DNA of 64,000 bases from an uncultured Anaerofilum sp. (GCA_944385935.1 CALWZC010000004.1:75426-139425); one strand, 5' to 3'. Positions 28,301 through 38,114 are shown, numbered from the stretch's first letter. Translations and numbers: made by a program. The notes: generated from the letters alone by a model not told the origin.

Positions 28301-28681
28301 ATGGTGCATATCTTTATAGATAATAAAAGTGGTGCTCCCATCTATGACCAAATCTATACCCAGATTAAAAATCAAATTATTAGCGGAGAGCTGGAGGAAA
28401 ATCAGCCTTTGCCTTCTATTCGTAATTTGGCGAAGGATTTGCGGGTGAGTGTAATCACAACAAAGCGAGCCTATGATGAATTGGAACGGGAGGGATTTAT
28501 TTACACATTGCCAGCAAAGGGGTGCTTTATTGCTCCCAAAAATGTGGAGCTTTTAAAGGAAGAAACCTTGAAAAAAATAGAACAACATATACAAGAAATT
28601 ATGCAGTTGGGTGCAGTTTGCAACCTTACAAACGAAGAACTATTAGAAATGGTTCGAGTGAATTTGGAGGAATTACCATGA
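28301..28681 (+). CDS. GntR-family (YtrA-subfamily) transcriptional regulator
   Basis: The 126-aa product has a winged HTH (LPSIRNLAKDLRVSVITTKRAYDELEREGFIY) plus a short C-terminal helix. The RBS is AAGAGGTGA. Confidence 0.8.
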   Translation: MVHIFIDNKSGAPIYDQIYTQIKNQIISGELEENQPLPSIRNLAKDLRVSVITTKRAYDELEREGFIYTLPAKGCFIAPKNVELLKEETLKKIEQHIQEIMQLGAVCNLTNEELLEMVRVNLEELP

Positions 28682-29520
28682 ATGCTTTGGAAATTACCAA
28701 CCTAACAAAGAAATACAAGGATTTTCAACTGGATAATCTCAATCTTACATTACCAAGTGGCTGCATTTTGGGGTTGATTGGGGAAAATGGTGCAGGCAAA
28801 AGCACAACCATCAAATTGATTTTAGATATGATAAAAAAGGACAGTGGAACCATCACAATTTTTGGCAAAGACAATCAAACAGATATACACCTTACCAAAC
28901 AGGATATTGGCGTAGTTTTGGATGATGTGGGCATTCCTGAACAGTTTACCCCAAAGCAAGTGGGAAAAATTATGGAACATACTTTTGCTAATTGGGACAA
29001 TGCCTTGTATGAAAGATACATCAATCAATTACAAATTCCAAAGGAAAAAATCTTTAAAGAGTTTTCTCGTGGTATGAAGATGAAGCTGGGCATTGCAGTG
29101 GCAATGGCACATCATCCCAAATTGTTGATTTTAGACGAGGCAACTTCTGGGCTAGACCCTGTGGTTCGAGATGAAGTAGTGGAGATGTTTGGGGAGTTTA
29201 CTCGTGATGAAAGCCATTCTGTGTTGATTTCCTCCCACATTGTTAGCGATTTGGAAAAAATTTGTGATTATATCGCCTTTTTACACAAGGGAAAATTGCT
29301 TTTGATGGAAGAAAAAGATATACTTCTGGAGCAATACGGAATTTTGCAGTGCACACAGGAGCAACTTGCTCAGTTGCCCCAGCAGGCAATCAAGGGGAAA
29401 AAGGTGCTTCCCTATGGAGTGCAAGCACTGGTGCAAAAAGAATTTATTCCAGATGGAATGGATGTTCTTCCAGTAACCATAGAAGAACTGTTTATTTTTA
29501 TGGTAAAGGAGTGTGCTTGA
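28678..29520 (+). CDS. ABC transporter ATP-binding protein
   Basis: Walker A is GENGAGKST, the signature is FSRGMKMKLG, and Walker B is LLILDE. The start ATG overlaps the GntR stop. Confidence 0.85.
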   Translation: MNALEITNLTKKYKDFQLDNLNLTLPSGCILGLIGENGAGKSTTIKLILDMIKKDSGTITIFGKDNQTDIHLTKQDIGVVLDDVGIPEQFTPKQVGKIMEHTFANWDNALYERYINQLQIPKEKIFKEFSRGMKMKLGIAVAMAHHPKLLILDEATSGLDPVVRDEVVEMFGEFTRDESHSVLISSHIVSDLEKICDYIAFLHKGKLLLMEEKDILLEQYGILQCTQEQLAQLPQQAIKGKKVLPYGVQALVQKEFIPDGMDVLPVTIEELFIFMVKECA

Positions 29521-29521
29521 T

Positions 29522-30145
29522 ATGAAAGGGCTATTGCTAAAAGATTTTTACATGACAATCAAATATGGTAAAACTTTGTTTCTGGTGGTCTTGGTTTTTT
29601 GGGCAATTTCTTGTTTTGATGATGGGGGAAGTTTTTTCCTGGTATACCCTATGATTTTAGCCGGAGTGCTTCCAATGTCCCTGATTTCTTTGGATGAACG
29701 GGAAAAATGGGTACAATACAGCGGAACATTGCCGTATACCAGAGCACAGTTAGTATCTTCAAAATATATCATAGGGCTTTTGTTGGGCGTTGGAGCATTT
29801 ATTCTTTCTATGGCGACTACTGCTGGCCGTATGTGGATGAATGGATATTTTTCTTTGTTAGAGTTTGGAACAATAGCCTCTCTTCTTCTTGTGTTGGGGT
29901 TGTTGCCGCCCACCATTTTACTGCCCTTTGTTTTCAAATTTGGAGCAGAAAAAGGCAGAATCATGTTTTATGTGGTGATTGGCTTGGCAACTGCTATTGG
30001 TACTTTATTGGCAGGGTTTGGATTTCAAATGCAGATGCAGACCAATGAATTTGCAATACTATTTGTAATGTGCACTGTGGCAGTATTGTTATATCTTGGC
30101 TCTTGGTGCCTTTCCGTTGCTTTTTATAAAAAACGAGAATTATAA
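29522..30145 (+). CDS. ABC-2-type membrane protein
   Basis: Six TM helices are predicted. AAGGAG lies 10 nt upstream, and the gene is the third member of the GntR-ABC operon. Confidence 0.6.
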   Translation: MKGLLLKDFYMTIKYGKTLFLVVLVFWAISCFDDGGSFFLVYPMILAGVLPMSLISLDEREKWVQYSGTLPYTRAQLVSSKYIIGLLLGVGAFILSMATTAGRMWMNGYFSLLEFGTIASLLLVLGLLPPTILLPFVFKFGAEKGRIMFYVVIGLATAIGTLLAGFGFQMQMQTNEFAILFVMCTVAVLLYLGSWCLSVAFYKKREL

Positions 30146-30309
30146 TGTACAAAAAGGTTTTGTTTTTTCAAAAAGAGAACAGAACCTTTTTCTTTTGGTG
30201 TATTTTTCTGACAAAATGCCCTCTTTTTGCTAAAGTTCTGTTCACAAGTGAACAGAAATATGGTAGAATTACAAAAACATCTATCCATGACAAAGGAGGG
30301 AAAGCATCA

Positions 30310-31506
30310 ATGGACTTGACACAAGAAAAAGTGGAAAATTTTGTGTGCGAGAATTGCGGCGGAACATTAAAATGGAATATAGCAAAAAAGCAATTGGAGT
30401 GTGGGTCTTGTCACACTCCCTATACTCTGCAACAGGAATCTGTTATACAAGAGCATCCCTTTGAGGAATATCATCAGCGTGAGCAGCGAACAGAAGCATT
30501 TCCTGATGAAACAGTGGTAAAGTGTAACTCTTGTGGTGCAGAAGTAGTGTTTGATAGAGATGACACGGCAAAGGTCTGCCCTATGTGTGGGGCAACTCAG
30601 ATTTTGCCACAAAAGCAGGTGCAAGGTGTTCCACCAGATGGAGTTTTGCCCTTTGAAATAGATAAACAGGCAGCCCAGCAAAAATTTAAAAAATGGGTAA
30701 GAAGTCGTTGGTTTGCCCCCAATAAGCTAAAAACCGTTTACCAAGAGGGAAAACTGAATGGGGTGTATATTCCTTTCTGGACCTTTGACACACAAGCAAA
30801 TGGCGAGTACCATGGTAGAGGTGGCAAGGAGCATGTTCGAGAGGACAAAGACGGCAACAGACGTGTGGAAGTTCGTTGGATACCTGTAAGCGGGCATGTG
30901 GGAAAATTTTTTGATGATATCCAAATTTCTGCCTCCATGGGACAGGTGAATGAGGTTGTAGATAAGGTTTTACCCTATTCTACACAAACAAAGCTACATG
31001 GATATTCTCCTATGTATCTTTCGGGATTTTCGGCAGAACGATATGCCATTCCAGCAACACAGGCCGCCGAAACCATGAAAGAGAAAGTTCGGCGAGAGTT
31101 GAAACGGATGGCAGAGGAGGATATTCGGTCAAGAGGGTTTGACCGAGCAGATGTACAACACTTGAAACTGGATTTAGAAGATACTACCTATAAGCAAGTG
31201 TTGTTACCTGCATGGTTTTCTTCCTATGCCTACGGAAAAAAGCAGTATATGTACATTATCAATGGTGAGACCGGCGAAGTAGGAGGACAGAGGCCTTATA
31301 GCATCCCCAAAATTGCAGCGGCTGTTGTGGCTGCACTTGCGTTGGTGGGGCTAATTGTTTGGGGCTCTTCCGAAAAAACAGAGGCAGCCGTTTTTGCCAC
31401 ACCAACCACAGAGGTGGTTTATCAGCAGGAACAACCTGCAAATACAATTTTGATGAAAGAAGGAAATGCAAATGGCTTGGTTTGGACAAGGAAAGGACAC
31501 AATTGA
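30310..31506 (+). CDS. zinc-ribbon-containing membrane-anchored protein (hypothetical; partner of SPFH protein)
   Basis: There are two N-terminal CxxC…CxxC ribbons (CENCGG…CGSC; CNSCGA…CPMCG) and a C-terminal TM segment (IAAAVVAALALVGLIVWG). AAGGAGGG lies upstream of ATG 30310. Confidence 0.5.
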   Translation: MDLTQEKVENFVCENCGGTLKWNIAKKQLECGSCHTPYTLQQESVIQEHPFEEYHQREQRTEAFPDETVVKCNSCGAEVVFDRDDTAKVCPMCGATQILPQKQVQGVPPDGVLPFEIDKQAAQQKFKKWVRSRWFAPNKLKTVYQEGKLNGVYIPFWTFDTQANGEYHGRGGKEHVREDKDGNRRVEVRWIPVSGHVGKFFDDIQISASMGQVNEVVDKVLPYSTQTKLHGYSPMYLSGFSAERYAIPATQAAETMKEKVRRELKRMAEEDIRSRGFDRADVQHLKLDLEDTTYKQVLLPAWFSSYAYGKKQYMYIINGETGEVGGQRPYSIPKIAAAVVAALALVGLIVWGSSEKTEAAVFATPTTEVVYQQEQPANTILMKEGNANGLVWTRKGHN

Positions 31507-32530
31507 GTGGGAAGAATTTCGAGATGATGTGCTATTTTACAAATGGCCCGGAAAGGAGATTAAAAAGGGTGCTCATCTAATTTTGCGCCCCGGACAAAAG
31601 GCAATCTTCTATGCAGATGGAGAAGTGGGAGCAGTATTTGAACGAGAGGGCAACTTTGATATTGCGTCGGAAATTGTACCCTTCTTTTCTACTCTAAAGG
31701 GATGGTTTAGCCTGCGAGGGGACAGCGGTATGCGGGCAGAGGTCTATTTTGTAAATGCAAAACAGCTTTTGCTCAACTGGGGAACCCGTCAGCGTGTAAT
31801 GATTCCTACCCCACAGGTTCCCGCAGGAATTCCAGTAGGTTGCAATGGTAATCTGGTGGTTGCTTTCCGAGATTATCAGCGGTTTATTCAAACAGTAGCT
31901 GGAGTACGCAGTACATATAGCCTAGAGGATATTTCTGAGCGAATTATGGGAGAACTAAGCCCCATTCTTTCTGAGGCAATTCTAGGCAAACAACAAATGA
32001 TAGGTGTCAATGCTTTGACAGGCCTCCAGCAAAACAGTAGAACCATTAGCAAGTTTATCTGTGAGGAATTGGACAAAGAGCTTTCTGATTTTGGTTTAGG
32101 TGTACAGGATGTCAATATTTTGGCATTCAATTACCCACCAGAAGTAGAAGCAATGGCTGCCAAAGTTGCTGGGCAAGCATTTGTAGGGGATGTAGGACGA
32201 TATGCCACCATCAGCATGGCAGATAGCTTTTCCACACCCAATGCAGCAGGTTCTGCAGCGGCTGGTGGCATGGGCTTAGCAATGGGTATGCAGATGGCAG
32301 GGCAGATGATGGGTACAATGGCAGGACAACAAAACCAGCAACCCCAACAACCCGCACAAACCTGTACAGCCTGTGGAATGAGTATACCCCAAGGGGCTAA
32401 ATTCTGCCCGGGATGTGGTGCAGCTGTGACCGCCGCACCCCAACAAACAGAAGGAGACCGCTTCTGTCCCAATTGCCGCAAAATGGTTTCTGGTAATTTC
32501 TGCCCAGATTGTGGAACAAAAACAGTATAA
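31472..32530 (+). CDS. SPFH/band-7 family protein with C-terminal zinc ribbons (COG4260/YdjI-like)
   Basis: The N-terminus reads WEEFRDDVLFYKWPGKEIKKGAHLILRPGQ (YdjI-like). It is followed by a Gly/Met-rich linker and two CxxC…CxxC ribbons at the C-terminus. Confidence 0.65.
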   Translation: MAWFGQGKDTIEWEEFRDDVLFYKWPGKEIKKGAHLILRPGQKAIFYADGEVGAVFEREGNFDIASEIVPFFSTLKGWFSLRGDSGMRAEVYFVNAKQLLLNWGTRQRVMIPTPQVPAGIPVGCNGNLVVAFRDYQRFIQTVAGVRSTYSLEDISERIMGELSPILSEAILGKQQMIGVNALTGLQQNSRTISKFICEELDKELSDFGLGVQDVNILAFNYPPEVEAMAAKVAGQAFVGDVGRYATISMADSFSTPNAAGSAAAGGMGLAMGMQMAGQMMGTMAGQQNQQPQQPAQTCTACGMSIPQGAKFCPGCGAAVTAAPQQTEGDRFCPNCRKMVSGNFCPDCGTKTV

Positions 32531-32592
32531 AACGTAACTGACCTTATAGTTTATTGAAATATCTTGTTCTATCTGGACTATTGTTGCTTTTT

Positions 32593-32637
32593 AGCCGCAA
32601 AAACATGGATTTTTTCATGTTTTGCGGCTTTTTTTAA
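32593..32637 (+). terminator. rho-independent terminator
   Basis: AGCCGCAAAAACATG pairs with CATGTTTTGCGGCT and is followed by TTTTTTT. Confidence 0.85.
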
Positions 32638-32786
32638 TTGAATTTTTAGGGGAAATAGCTTTTTTTATTTGCTTTTTGTTACTAAATAACAAGAAAAATG
32701 AAGCATTTTTGTAACAGAAAGTTATTTTCTGTAAAATATGCCTGATTTTATTTGCAGTATGGGAAAAAAGTTTGTTTTTTTAACAC

Positions 32787-32814
32787 TTGCTTTCCTGTTA
32801 AGATGTGATATAAT
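32787..32814 (+). promoter_or_regulatory. putative promoter of V-ATPase operon
   Basis: TTGCTT is followed by a 16-nt spacer and an extended -10 TGATATAAT. It sits in a 350-bp AT-rich intergenic region. Confidence 0.45.
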
Positions 32815-32882
32815 TCTAACAGGTAATCTTTATATTAGAAAAATCTAATGAATTGTTTTGTGTTAGAAAGGGGTGCCTAAAA

Positions 32883-33206
32883 ATGAGTAATGAAACAAAT
32901 GTTTTGTTACAGTCGGTGTTGGAAATGGACCGGCAAGAACGGCTACGCACACAGGAGGCGGAGGACTACCGTGGAAAGGCCATGGCTCAGCTGGAGGACA
33001 GCCGTAAGGACATTCACCAAAAACACCAGCAGTTGGCACAGCAAAAAATAGAAGCATATACCCAACAGGAAAATGAACGTATGCAACAAACCTTGCAGAC
33101 CTTACAACAAAAAAGTGCAGCAGTAAAGCAAACACTAAACGCCACAAAGTCTGCCAAACAGGAACAATGGGTAGAAACAATTTTTGAGCGTGTTTTGGAA
33201 AGGTGA
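32883..33206 (+). CDS. V/A-type ATPase small coiled-coil subunit (G/H-like)
   Basis: The 107-aa all-helical charged protein is the first gene of the operon. GAAAGGGGTG lies upstream. Confidence 0.5.
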   Translation: MSNETNVLLQSVLEMDRQERLRTQEAEDYRGKAMAQLEDSRKDIHQKHQQLAQQKIEAYTQQENERMQQTLQTLQQKSAAVKQTLNATKSAKQEQWVETIFERVLER

Positions 33207-33214
33207 GGCGTTTT

Positions 33215-34273
33215 ATGGCAATTCCTTCCTTTGGTTCAAATGCAGTGTTGGCAAAGTGCCGTGCAATGTATGGCAAAAGCCTGACTGCTCGCAATTATAC
33301 AGAGTTGCTTGCCTGCCATACTGTGCCGGAAGTAGCAGCTTACTTGAAAACAAAAACCCATTATGCTTCTTGTTTGTCGGGGGTTACTCCTCAAGTAATT
33401 CACCGTGAACAGTTGGAAATTTTATTAAAGCGGTATCTGTTTGGACAATATGCTGCCCTTAGTCGATATGAAATTAGCTTAGGGCAGGATTTTTATTCCT
33501 ATTTTGTGGTAAAAAGCGAACTGGAAATGGTTTTAGCACAACTGCATAAAATCAATGCACAGGAACATATCCCTGTTATGGGCGCAGAGCCTGATTTTGT
33601 AAAAAAGTTTTCTCAGCTAAATGAAAGCAAAATTTCCTCTGCAAATAATCTCATGCAGTTGGCACACGCTTTGGATGGCACTCCCTATGGCAAAATTATT
33701 CATTCCTTTGTGGAAAAAACAACTTTTGATTTGCAAAGAGATGGCACATTGGAAATTGAAGCAGCCTTGATGGACTACGAGTATAGTGTCATGGAGGAGC
33801 TTTCCCAGAAACATCTAAAAGGAAAACAGTTGCAAGAAGTACTGGAAATTTTGAAACGTCAAAGCGATGTACAGGCAATTATCAATATGTTCCGTATGAA
33901 GAAGATGTTGCAATCTCCCAGTATGTATGTACGGCGCAGAGTTTCCATGCAACACACACAGCTTTCTTCTCAAAAAATCAATCAGCTTTTGGATGCGGAA
34001 AATGAGGAAGATTTTGTACGGGTGCTAAAAACTACCAGCTATGGAAAAGAACTGGCAAAGGTGGCATACGACTATATTGAAGAGGGAATGCAAAAGGTGC
34101 AGTACCATTTTCATTTAAAAAAATTCCGTTTTTCCACCAATCCCAGTGCAGTTATGCTGTGCTATTTGTTTTTGGCAGAAAATGAATTGACCAATGTTAC
34201 CCACATTATAGAGGGCATTCGATATGGAATGTCGCCAGAAGAAATTGAACGTCTTTTGGTAGGAATCCAGTGA
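33215..34273 (+). CDS. ntpC: V/A-type ATPase subunit C (d)
   Basis: The protein is about 350 aa and has an AC39-like helical architecture with a family-typical C-terminal region. The RBS is AAAGGTGAGG. Confidence 0.7.
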   Translation: MAIPSFGSNAVLAKCRAMYGKSLTARNYTELLACHTVPEVAAYLKTKTHYASCLSGVTPQVIHREQLEILLKRYLFGQYAALSRYEISLGQDFYSYFVVKSELEMVLAQLHKINAQEHIPVMGAEPDFVKKFSQLNESKISSANNLMQLAHALDGTPYGKIIHSFVEKTTFDLQRDGTLEIEAALMDYEYSVMEELSQKHLKGKQLQEVLEILKRQSDVQAIINMFRMKKMLQSPSMYVRRRVSMQHTQLSSQKINQLLDAENEEDFVRVLKTTSYGKELAKVAYDYIEEGMQKVQYHFHLKKFRFSTNPSAVMLCYLFLAENELTNVTHIIEGIRYGMSPEEIERLLVGIQ

Positions 34274-34290
34274 GGAAGGAGAGGTAAACC

Positions 34291-35253
34291 GTGTTTTTTG
34301 ATGAAAAAATACAGTTGGTATGGGTGGATGGCTCGGTGCAGCTTTTGGAAAGTTTTGTACAGAAGTGTTGCATGGGGGATGAACGTGTACATCCTACCAC
34401 AGCCAGCGATAAAATGAGCGCAGGCATGGGCTTTGCCCCCCCAGAAATAGAAAATAATTGGGCGCAGCGCATTGAGGAAATGGAACAGATGGCCCAAGGG
34501 CTGGAACTTCCAGTGGTAGAGCCTGCTTTTGAGGATGCTCGTTCTCCCAAATTGGATGGATATTTGCAGCGAGTCAAAACCGCTTTGGATGAGAAACGGA
34601 ATATTCTGAAAGATTTGGAGGCACAACAGGTTTTGTGTCAGCAGGGCATAGAGCAATTTTCCCATTTTGAAGAACTGGATGTGGATTTGAGCAAAGCTCT
34701 TGAATGTGAATACATTTCCATCCGTTTTGGAAAACTGCCCAAAGCTGGGTTTGAAACTCTGTTGAGGGAACACGGCGATGACCCTTATGTGTTCTTTATT
34801 CGGTGCAGCGAAGACAAGGATTTTTACTGGGGAATGTATTTTGCTCCCCGTGAAAAACGAGCTTTGGTAGATGGTATCTTTGCAGGCTTGTACTTTGAAC
34901 GAGTACGGTTGCCCGGTGCAGGGGGAACCCCAAAAGAAATTGTAGAAAATCTTCAACACAATGTAGAGATTTTGCGCAGCCAAATTTTGCAAGCACAAGA
35001 CCAACTACAACAGGTATGGGGAGCAGAAAAATGGCGTTGCGCTGGTATTTATGCCTCTTTTTGCAGTTTGGCCCGTGTAGCAGAGTTGTGCAAGTGTGCT
35101 GCTGTGCGGGGAGAGCATTTCTTCTATGCAGTATGGGTGGAACAAACTGCTATGGAAGCCTTTGTATCTCGCTGCGAATCTGTGGGCAAACTGCATATGG
35201 CAATGGATATGACCCTTCCCAGAAAGAAATGGAAACAGCTCCATCAGCAATAA
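34291..35253 (+). CDS. stand-alone paralogue of the cytoplasmic N-terminal domain of V-ATPase subunit I
   Basis: The 320-aa product is collinear with residues 1-~330 of the downstream subunit I (IQLVWVDGSVQLLESFVQKCC vs MKLVRVDGLLSQLDDFILRCC; YISIRFGKLP…DDPYVFFIRCSEDKDFYWGMYFAP…DGIFAGLYFER vs YINIRFGFLP…DDPYVFFVPCSQENGGYWGLYFTP…DGIFSMLYFER). It has no TM domain. A GTG start lies 9 nt after GAAGGAGAGG. Confidence 0.6.
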   Translation: MFFDEKIQLVWVDGSVQLLESFVQKCCMGDERVHPTTASDKMSAGMGFAPPEIENNWAQRIEEMEQMAQGLELPVVEPAFEDARSPKLDGYLQRVKTALDEKRNILKDLEAQQVLCQQGIEQFSHFEELDVDLSKALECEYISIRFGKLPKAGFETLLREHGDDPYVFFIRCSEDKDFYWGMYFAPREKRALVDGIFAGLYFERVRLPGAGGTPKEIVENLQHNVEILRSQILQAQDQLQQVWGAEKWRCAGIYASFCSLARVAELCKCAAVRGEHFFYAVWVEQTAMEAFVSRCESVGKLHMAMDMTLPRKKWKQLHQQ

Positions 35254-35294
35254 CGGCGGCTTATACCGCATGAGAAAGGACGATGAACTGATTC

Positions 35295-37226
35295 GTGGCC
35301 ATTGAAAAAATGAAGCTCGTCCGAGTGGATGGGCTGCTCAGTCAGTTGGATGATTTTATCCTGCGATGTTGCATTAATGGTGATTTTCAACCTGAACCTG
35401 CTATCCAGTATATGTCTGCTTCCAGTAAAAACATGTCCTTGGTGGAGGAAAACCCCTATCCACCTATGGTGCAGGCAGTAGAAGAATTGTTTGCTCTGGC
35501 AGAATATACCCCCCAAGAGGATAATAAAACCGAAAAAGAACGTACCATAGACCCCAAAGCCTTGGAAGCAGTGCAAACTGTAAAAGAAGAGTTGAAAGTT
35601 TTACAGCAACAGCAAAAAACACAACAGCGAGAACTGGCACAGCTTCAAGAGCGCAGCAACCAATATTCCCACTTTGAGTCGTTGGAAACTCCCCTAGAGG
35701 AACTGGAGGCGACAAAGTATATCAATATCCGTTTTGGATTTTTGCCGGGAGAGAGCTATCAAAAAATGCAGACCAGTTATGCAGATGACCCTTATGTATT
35801 TTTTGTGCCTTGCAGTCAGGAAAATGGCGGATATTGGGGATTATACTTTACCCCTCATCGGGTAGCAGATGAGATTGATGGCATTTTTTCCATGCTGTAC
35901 TTTGAGAGAATTTCTTTGGAAAACGATACTGGTACAGTAAAAGAAATTATGCAAAAGCTGCAAACACAAATCGACCAGTTGCAGCAAGAACTGGACAAAA
36001 CCAATGCAGCCATACAAAAGTTGTGGGAAGAAAATAAAGAATATTGCATTGGTGTGTACAGCCAGTTGAAATGGTTAGACCAAGTGTTTGAACTGCGGCA
36101 TTATGCAGCTTATCGGGATAACTATTTCTTCTATGTGGGATGGATTCCTGAAAGAGCTGTGCCAGAGTTTAGCAAGCAGGTAAAATCTCTGCGCAATATG
36201 AAAATTACCGTTACCGACCCCAGCAAACAGGACAAAATTGCTCCGCCGGTAAAGTTAAGGAACCTTTTACCCTTCCGGCCCTTTGAGATGTTTGTTGGAA
36301 TGTATGGCCTTCCCAGTTATGGAGAAATGGACATCACCGAATTTGTTGCCATTACATTTACTTTATTGTTTGGCATTATGTTTGGTGATATGGGACAGGG
36401 AGCTGTGCTTGCCATTGGTGCCTTTATCCTGTATAAGTGGAAGGGTATTGCTTTGGCGAAACTGGTTATTCCTTGTGGAATTTCTTCCATGTTCTTTGGG
36501 TTCATTTTCGGTTCGGTATTTGGATTTGAACATTTGCTAGACCCGGTATACCACGCCTTAGGCTGGAAAGGAAAGCCACTGGAAGTAATGGAATCCATCA
36601 ACACAGTGCTATTGGTTGCCATTGGTATTGGTGTTTCCTTGGTAATTGCTTCTATGTTGCTAAATGTTGTCGCTTCTGCACGAAAAGGACATTGGGGAGA
36701 GGCTATCTTCTCCAACAATGGTTTGGTAGGATTGGCAGTGTATATTTCTGGTGTAAACCTAGTAAGTGGATTTATGGGCGGCCCCAGCCCCATCCCTGCG
36801 CAAGTGGGACAATTCCTCATTGGTGCTGGTCTGGTTTTGCTGTTCTTTAAAGAGGTGCTGGTAGGTAAATTTGACGGGCACCCCGACTGGAAACCAGAAA
36901 GCTGGAGCGACTATGCTATGCAGAACTTGTTTGAACTACTGGAATATGTGCTTTCTTATTTTTCAAACACTGTTTCCTTCTTGCGTGTAGGTGCTTTCGT
37001 AATTGTCCATGCTGCTATGATGATGGTGGTATTTAGTCTGGCAGGAGACCCTGCAAACCCTGTGGTTGTGGTATTGGGCAATGCTTTGGTAATCTGTTTG
37101 GAAGGTTTGCTGTCTGGTATTCAGGGATTGCGTTTGGAATTCTATGAAATGTTTAGCCGCTGCTATGAGGGCGGTGGACGTCCTTTCCGGGGAGTTCGTC
37201 TTGCACCGGAAAAACAAAAGCACTAA
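35295..37226 (+). CDS. ntpI: V/A-type ATPase subunit I (a)
   Basis: The 643-aa product has an N-terminal cytoplasmic domain followed by about eight TM helices. A GTG start gives MAIEKMKLVRV. Confidence 0.85.
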   Translation: MAIEKMKLVRVDGLLSQLDDFILRCCINGDFQPEPAIQYMSASSKNMSLVEENPYPPMVQAVEELFALAEYTPQEDNKTEKERTIDPKALEAVQTVKEELKVLQQQQKTQQRELAQLQERSNQYSHFESLETPLEELEATKYINIRFGFLPGESYQKMQTSYADDPYVFFVPCSQENGGYWGLYFTPHRVADEIDGIFSMLYFERISLENDTGTVKEIMQKLQTQIDQLQQELDKTNAAIQKLWEENKEYCIGVYSQLKWLDQVFELRHYAAYRDNYFFYVGWIPERAVPEFSKQVKSLRNMKITVTDPSKQDKIAPPVKLRNLLPFRPFEMFVGMYGLPSYGEMDITEFVAITFTLLFGIMFGDMGQGAVLAIGAFILYKWKGIALAKLVIPCGISSMFFGFIFGSVFGFEHLLDPVYHALGWKGKPLEVMESINTVLLVAIGIGVSLVIASMLLNVVASARKGHWGEAIFSNNGLVGLAVYISGVNLVSGFMGGPSPIPAQVGQFLIGAGLVLLFFKEVLVGKFDGHPDWKPESWSDYAMQNLFELLEYVLSYFSNTVSFLRVGAFVIVHAAMMMVVFSLAGDPANPVVVVLGNALVICLEGLLSGIQGLRLEFYEMFSRCYEGGGRPFRGVRLAPEKQKH

Positions 37227-37320
37227 GTGCTACTAAATGTTTGCCATGTTTCGCACATTGTGCGATATGGAAAGTGAAAATCACTTTTATAAAATCTTTT
37301 ATCATTTGGAGGAAGAATCT

Positions 37321-37773
37321 ATGAATACTCTGTTTCAACTGTTGTTTGCACTGGCTCCCGTAGCCATTTTGATGGGAGCAACCGCTCTGATTGCTCGCAA
37401 GGTAAGCGCAGGCAAAATTAGTGTGAAGAAGTCCTTTGGTATGAACTTGGCTGTCTTTGGTGTGATTATGGTAGTAGGCTGCATGATGGCTATGACTGTA
37501 TTTGCTGCTGATGGTGCCGCTGCAATGACCGCCGCAGAGCGTGCAGCAAGCAACCAGAGCATGGGTCTGGGTCTGTTGGCTGCTGCATTGGTAACCGGTT
37601 TGGCAGGTATCGGCGGTGGTATCGCTGTTGCCGCAGGTGCTCCTGCTGCTATCGCAGCTGCAAGCGAAGACCCCAAGAGCTTTGGTAAGTCCTTGATTTT
37701 CGTTGCTTTGGGCGAGTCTATTGCATTGTATGGTGTTGTTATCTCCATCTTGATTCTGAACAAGTTGGTATAA
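37321..37773 (+). CDS. ntpK: V/A-type ATPase proteolipid subunit K (c)
   Basis: The protein has four TM helices and is Ala/Gly-rich. The conserved carboxylate lies in the last helix (ALGESIALYG). The RBS is GGAGGAAG. Confidence 0.8.
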   Translation: MNTLFQLLFALAPVAILMGATALIARKVSAGKISVKKSFGMNLAVFGVIMVVGCMMAMTVFAADGAAAMTAAERAASNQSMGLGLLAAALVTGLAGIGGGIAVAAGAPAAIAAASEDPKSFGKSLIFVALGESIALYGVVISILILNKLV

Positions 37774-37795
37774 GCCGGAAGGAAGGCGAAATCCA

Positions 37796-38104
37796 ATGCG
37801 TTTTTATCTAATCAGTGATAATGTAGATACATTGGTGGGCATGCGTTTGGCAGGCATTGAGGGAGTAGTAGCCCACGAAGATGCCGAGGTACAGCAAGCT
37901 CTGGATGAGGTGCTGAAAGCCGATGATATCGGCATGATTTTGGTTACTGAAAAGTTGATGCGCCAATTTGGTGAGCATTTTGACCAAGTGCGCCAAACCA
38001 TGACAAAGCCCCTAATTGTGGAAATTCCCGACCGGCATGGTGCCGTAAACGGAAAAGACCGCATTACCAAATATGTGCGTGATGCCATTGGCGTCAAGAT
38101 TTGA
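37796..38104 (+). CDS. V/A-type ATPase subunit F
   Basis: The 102-aa product has a Vma7-like pattern (DTLVGMRLAGIEGVV…IGMILVTEKL). Confidence 0.75.
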   Translation: MRFYLISDNVDTLVGMRLAGIEGVVAHEDAEVQQALDEVLKADDIGMILVTEKLMRQFGEHFDQVRQTMTKPLIVEIPDRHGAVNGKDRITKYVRDAIGVKI

Positions 38105-38114
38105 GGTGTAAAGG

